Source of the DNA: Arcticibacter sp.
GTDB lineage: Bacteria; Bacteroidota; Bacteroidia; Sphingobacteriales; Sphingobacteriaceae
NCBI RefSeq assembly: GCF_045629565.1
Contig: NZ_JAZQRL010000007.1
Location: 88 to 64,087, forward strand
Reading direction: 5' to 3'
Length of the DNA stretch: 64,000 bases
In this document: positions 59,549 through 64,000 of the stretch, piece by piece
Layout of the letters: each line of letters begins with the position of its first letter
Position numbering within the stretch: the first letter of the stretch is position 1
Position numbers and translations under genes: made by a program
Notes under the pieces: generated by a model
Told to the model about the DNA's origin: nothing
Seen by the model: the letters and a program-made list of their open reading frames with translations, nothing else
The model's database searches: none

Positions 59549-62500
59549 ATGAAAAAGATTTTATTTTTCTTAAAGCGAAGATTCTGGCTCAGGGCGATGA
59601 TGTCTTTGCTATGTGTTCTTCTAAGTTTTATTGCAGCCTTCGCACAGCAGGACGTGGAGGGTAGAGTGGTAGATGAAGCGGGTGAGGCCATTGTTGGGGC
59701 GAATATCACTGATAGAGGTACGAACCGTGGCGCATCAACAGGCGTTGACGGGAAATTCACTCTGAGAGTGTCACCAGGTGCTGTGTTACAAGTTACCTAT
59801 ATCGGATACGTTAGTCAGCAGGTAACGGTTGGAAGCCAGCGTAATCTGGAGATCGTACTGAAACTGGATAATCAGGCATTAGAGGAGTTGGTGGTGATCG
59901 GATACGGTACTGTCAGGAAGAAGGATTTAACTGGTGCGGTGTCTGTTATCAATACGGAGCAGCTTCGTGACCGAAACTCTCAGGATATCGTCGGGGCCAT
60001 GCAGGGACTTGCCTCGGGAGTGAAAGTTACGTCGAGCGGCCTACCGGGGCAACAAGCTTCTATCATTATCCGTGGTTTGGGGAGCCTTACGAACAACGCA
60101 CCCTTATTTGTTATTGATGGGATGATTGGTGGGGAAGCGCATTTAAATCCTGCTGATGTAGAATCCATACAAATTTTAAAAGATGCGGCATCCGCGGCAA
60201 TTTACGGTTCCAGGGCGGCAAATGGTGTAGTAATTATCACCACCCGAGGGGGGAAAGAGGGGCCTATGAAGGTTCAGTTTGATGGCAATTTAACCACGAC
60301 AACTTTGCCGCGCTACGATCTGATGGACGCTGAGACCTGGAAAAAATTTGATGATTTAGCGTATGATGAAGCTATAAAATCAGGGGTCGGAGTGGTGAAA
60401 AGGCAAAATCATTTTGAAGGAAATACCGATTGGCAAGATGAAATGTTAAGCACAGGAGCTTTACAGAATTACAATCTTTCGTTGTCCGGAGGCTCAAAGC
60501 CGGGCAAATATTTTGTCGCATTCAACCGGATGATTGATGACGGAGCTCTCTATGGATCGGGTTACGACAGGTATGGGTTTCGTGTAAATACCAGCGGTCA
60601 AAAGGGAATCTTCTCTTTCGGGGAAAATATTGTATATACAAAGACCTCAGTCCAAATCTTAAATGGAAACCCATGGGCTGATTTTATTGCCATTTCACCT
60701 ACTATTCCTGTACGGGATGAGTCTAACCCAGGTGGTTACGGTTATGGAGATCCCGACAGGGCTAATAACTTTGGCCGGAATTTGGTGGCGATGCAGGATC
60801 TACGGATTCAGGAAAGGCCGGAGGATATCCTCAAAGCTAATGTATTTGGTCAGGTGACATTATTCGATGCACTTCATGCGAAGCTAAATGTCGCTTATAC
60901 ACATTATTCGGGCATAACCAACACGTTGCGGAAATTTGGTAACTGGACGATGGGGCAGGGTAGCGATGCTCCCAGCCTGGGATTTGATAACTATCGGAGC
61001 GACGACGTTCTCCTGGAACAAACGTTCAACTATAAGAAGCTAATCGGTAAGCATAATATTGATGCGCTTGCCGGAGCGACATATAATACTTTCTTAGGGG
61101 AGTCGAACTGGATCACTAAGCTGGATCCACTGGTGGTTGGTGATAAGTATATTACCTCTCTTGATGCTGCTACCGGTATAACCACCGCAGGTGGTAATTA
61201 TCAGAAGGCTAGAATTATGTCATTCCTGGGGCGGGTAAATTATGCTTATGATGATAGATACTTAGTGCAGGCCACCTTGAGAAGGGACGGCACTTCCCGT
61301 CTGCCGGAAAATACCAGGTGGGGTAACTTTGCTTCTTTTTCGCTGGGCTGGAGAATCAGTAATGAATCGTTTTTTGATATTCCCTTCATCGATGATTTGA
61401 AAATCAGGGGAAGTCATGGTACTCTGGGGAATAGCAGCATAGGATATTGGGACTATCAGTCTGTAATCAATACCGCTCCTCGTGCAGTGTTTGGCTCTCC
61501 GGAACTCCTGGTTATGGGAATGACCCAATCCCGTCTCTCGAATACGGATTTGGTTTGGGAAAGAAAAACCACTACCAATATCGGATTTGATGCCACTTTA
61601 CTCCGTCACAAACTGACCATCACAGCAGAGTACTTCAACTCGAAAAGCAAAGACCTACTGGTGTATCTTCCTATACTGATGTCCTCAGGTAATGAGGGTG
61701 GAAACCCAGCGGTGAATGCGGGCAGCTTGTCTAATAAAGGTTTTGAGGTAGAAGCCGGATGGAAGGACAGAGCAGGCAAGGACTTTTCTTATTCCGCTTC
61801 CCTCAATTTCTCGCGATTAAGAAATAAAGTGCTCGATTTAGGTTACGGACGAGTCGAATACTTCGAGTTCTTGTCGAAAACCCAAATCGGTCAACCTTTA
61901 GGTGCCTTTTATTTACACCGCATGCTGGGCATTTTCCAATCTACTCAAGATGTGGCCAACCACGTGAATTCGGAAGGGAAGGTCATACAGCCAAATGCTT
62001 TACCCGGAGATATCATATATGACGATTACAATGATGACGGCATTATTTCTTCAGAAGACAGACAACAGGTAGGCAGTCCATGGCCGAAGTTTGAGATGGG
62101 GCTGTCGCTTGGCGCGGCATATAAAGGCTTTGATATTGGTGTTAACGGCTATGGACGTTTTGGACAGGACGTGTGGAATGGAGCAGCGGCAGCCGCTGCA
62201 GACTTTGCGAATAATCAAAATAATTTCAATGGCATCCAGCCCTGGACGGTCGAAAATCAGGTGAACGACCGCCCCAGGATTGTTTTCGGTGATACACGCA
62301 ACAGTCGCGGGGATCAAAGCAGATGGTTGGAAAAAGGTTCTTTCTTCCGTTTGAGTCAGATAGCATTAGGTTATACAATTCCGTCGAAAGTCTCGAATAG
62401 TATAAGGCTTGAGCGGATTCGCGCGGGCGTTACTTTGCAGAACTTCGTCACTTTCACGAATTATTCCGGACTTGATCCTGAGTTCAGGGATTCGGGAATT

Positions 62501-62575
62501 TTTACTCTGGGAGCCGACAATACCTCATTTCCGAATCCTCGTTCTGTGTTATTTTCATTATCAGTTACTTTTTAA
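59549..62575 (+). CDS. SusC/RagA TonB-dependent transporter
   Basis: VVIGYGT.RKKDLTGAVS, ILKDAASAAIYGSRAANGVVIITT, RYLVQATLRRDGTS, C-terminal SVTF. Confidence 0.95.
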   Translation: MKKILFFLKRRFWLRAMMSLLCVLLSFIAAFAQQDVEGRVVDEAGEAIVGANITDRGTNRGASTGVDGKFTLRVSPGAVLQVTYIGYVSQQVTVGSQRNLEIVLKLDNQALEELVVIGYGTVRKKDLTGAVSVINTEQLRDRNSQDIVGAMQGLASGVKVTSSGLPGQQASIIIRGLGSLTNNAPLFVIDGMIGGEAHLNPADVESIQILKDAASAAIYGSRAANGVVIITTRGGKEGPMKVQFDGNLTTTTLPRYDLMDAETWKKFDDLAYDEAIKSGVGVVKRQNHFEGNTDWQDEMLSTGALQNYNLSLSGGSKPGKYFVAFNRMIDDGALYGSGYDRYGFRVNTSGQKGIFSFGENIVYTKTSVQILNGNPWADFIAISPTIPVRDESNPGGYGYGDPDRANNFGRNLVAMQDLRIQERPEDILKANVFGQVTLFDALHAKLNVAYTHYSGITNTLRKFGNWTMGQGSDAPSLGFDNYRSDDVLLEQTFNYKKLIGKHNIDALAGATYNTFLGESNWITKLDPLVVGDKYITSLDAATGITTAGGNYQKARIMSFLGRVNYAYDDRYLVQATLRRDGTSRLPENTRWGNFASFSLGWRISNESFFDIPFIDDLKIRGSHGTLGNSSIGYWDYQSVINTAPRAVFGSPELLVMGMTQSRLSNTDLVWERKTTTNIGFDATLLRHKLTITAEYFNSKSKDLLVYLPILMSSGNEGGNPAVNAGSLSNKGFEVEAGWKDRAGKDFSYSASLNFSRLRNKVLDLGYGRVEYFEFLSKTQIGQPLGAFYLHRMLGIFQSTQDVANHVNSEGKVIQPNALPGDIIYDDYNDDGIISSEDRQQVGSPWPKFEMGLSLGAAYKGFDIGVNGYGRFGQDVWNGAAAAAADFANNQNNFNGIQPWTVENQVNDRPRIVFGDTRNSRGDQSRWLEKGSFFRLSQIALGYTIPSKVSNSIRLERIRAGVTLQNFVTFTNYSGLDPEFRDSGIFTLGADNTSFPNPRSVLFSLSVTF

Positions 62576-62586
62576 ACTAATTAGCT

Positions 62587-64000
62587 ATGAAAAGATTTGT
62601 AGTGTGTTTGACATGCATATTATCACTTGTCGTTATCTCTTGTGATAAGTCAAAACTGGATATCATTAACGAAAACACCATATCTACGGGAAACTTTTGG
62701 AAGACAGAAGCCGATGCGGAAGGCGGCGTAGTAGCAGTCTATAACATGTTTTACCGACAAGGTACCTGGACGCGGAACATATATACGCAGATGCAGGGCA
62801 TGGCCGATGACGGAGTTAGTATGGCAGGCTGGACGGAGCTAAATGAGTACACCAAATTTTTATATACGAATTACGATTTTGGTGAAGTAAATGTGAAGAT
62901 CTGGCGGGAACATTATGTTGCCATCTTTCGTGCAAATCAGGTTCTGGATAATATTGAAAATATTCCCTTTCAGGATGAACAGCATAAACAGGATCTGATA
63001 GGACAAGTAAAGTTCTTACGTTCCTTCTACTACTTTTATTTGACGTCACTTTGGGATAATATTCCTTTTGTATTGAAGTCTTCATCAGCATCTGACACTC
63101 CTGAACAGAAAAGTCCGGAGGAGGTATTTGCTCAGCTGGAGGTGGATTTGAAAGATGCCATATCAAAATTACCCGCTACACGGCCTGCATCAGAACATGG
63201 TCGTCCGACCAAAGGAGCTGCCTATGGGTTGCTGGCTAAAGTTTATATGCAAGAGCATAAATGGCAGGACGCTGTTACCTGTTTGGAGTGGCTTGTAGAT
63301 GGTGAGGGTAAAAATTATTACGATCTGATTACTGACTATGGAAGTAATTTCAGAAACACTACTGAGAACAATAAAGAATCCCTGTACGAGATTCAATTCT
63401 CTCTTATCAACAATGTTGGATTTGATCAGACAGACAATCATCTCGATCCAAATGCACAGCTTGGTAGCCAGATTGAAATGAATCAGGCGCCTCCGGGACT
63501 TGGTTGGAATAATGTGGAGGCACGCAGATGGTTGGTTGATTACTATAAGCGCGAAAAAACGGTAGATAATAAAAATGATATCCGTCTTTTCTACAGTGTA
63601 TGGTACAACAATGCAGGGAAAGATTTTCCTGACCGTGCTGATACACTGGTTTACGGTAACACCTGGCGTGCGGATTGGGGAAACAGAGTTTTTATTAAAA
63701 AGTACAGCACTCCCGCAAATCCCTTGTTCTATTGGAATGATAACAATTTCCGGTCATTGCGCTATTCTGATATGCTGTTGTTGTATGCGGAAGCGCTTAA
63801 TGAATTAAGTGGACCCACTCCAAAGGCCGTGGAATGCATGAATCGTGTCCGTCAGCGTGTTAATCTGCCGCAGATACAAAATAGTGTTTATTATAATGGT
63901 GCTCAGATAGTTGCTAATAAGGATGCTTTCCGGAATCAGCTGAAGATTGAAAGAGGGCTAGAGCTCAGTCTCGAGTGTGTTCGTTGGATCGACCTAAAGA
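62587..64000 (+). CDS. SusD/RagB nutrient-binding lipoprotein (partial; runs off window, not in ORF track)
   Basis: Manual translation MKRFVVCLTCILSLVVIS-C; WREHYVAIFRANQVL, LRYSDMLLLYAEAL, ERGLELSLECVRWIDLK. Confidence 0.92.
   Translation, partial: MKRFVVCLTCILSLVVISCDKSKLDIINENTISTGNFWKTEADAEGGVVAVYNMFYRQGTWTRNIYTQMQGMADDGVSMAGWTELNEYTKFLYTNYDFGEVNVKIWREHYVAIFRANQVLDNIENIPFQDEQHKQDLIGQVKFLRSFYYFYLTSLWDNIPFVLKSSSASDTPEQKSPEEVFAQLEVDLKDAISKLPATRPASEHGRPTKGAAYGLLAKVYMQEHKWQDAVTCLEWLVDGEGKNYYDLITDYGSNFRNTTENNKESLYEIQFSLINNVGFDQTDNHLDPNAQLGSQIEMNQAPPGLGWNNVEARRWLVDYYKREKTVDNKNDIRLFYSVWYNNAGKDFPDRADTLVYGNTWRADWGNRVFIKKYSTPANPLFYWNDNNFRSLRYSDMLLLYAEALNELSGPTPKAVECMNRVRQRVNLPQIQNSVYYNGAQIVANKDAFRNQLKIERGLELSLECVRWIDLK

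Noticed and set aside
1369-63808. Numerous short antisense or nested ORFs in the track (e.g. 2105-2443, 5414-5803, 27264-28160, 38369-38647, 62816-63166)
   Set aside because: Shadow ORFs of well-supported genes on the opposite strand or frame, with no independent motifs.
1-64000. tRNA, rRNA, tmRNA, CRISPR array, prophage or anti-phage defence genes
   Set aside because: None recognised by eye; smpB is present without ssrA, and sbcCD sits in a normal repair context. tRNAscan-SE, Infernal and DefenseFinder runs would confirm.

Overview
64-kb chromosomal window from a Bacteroidetes, most likely a Sphingobacteriaceae (Pedobacter/Arcticibacter-like). This is inferred from TTTG-N19-TAnnTTTG promoters, SusC/SusD genes and protein character. 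1-32 kb is mostly core genome: ubiX, mtaB, lgt, suhB, NifU-family, purB, purK/purE, pdxH, a split nuoAB / nuoCD set, rpmH-rnpA-yidD-tsaB, priA, pcm, smpB, a DtxR-family regulator and a phosphohexomutase. 32-40 kb holds tandem membrane AraC regulators and sbcDC. About 40.5-50.3 kb is a visibly AT-richer, partly decayed accessory islet: two HExxH DUF2268-type proteases plus a remnant, a LanFE/BcrAB-like ABC pair, an erythromycin-esterase family gene, and a broken arsenic operon in which only acr3 is intact. 50-64 kb is carbohydrate utilisation: GH2, GH105, and a ribose/nucleoside-scavenging PUL resembling the B. thetaiotaomicron rus locus, whose SusD runs off the window end. Best novelty candidates: (1) a compact ECF-sigma module at 7.4-9.7 kb. 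An ECF sigma, an anti-sigma-like/TM/trypsin-protease fusion and two tiny lipoproteins packed with O-glycosylation sequons lie together, and an identical GGTTAC-N14-GGTAT(T/A)AA motif precedes each lipoprotein gene and the sigma gene. (2) A promoter- and terminator-bounded ~70-nt ORF-less sRNA candidate at 1.09-1.16 kb. No rRNA, tRNA, CRISPR array or intact transposase was seen. All family assignments come from recalled motifs, not database searches.
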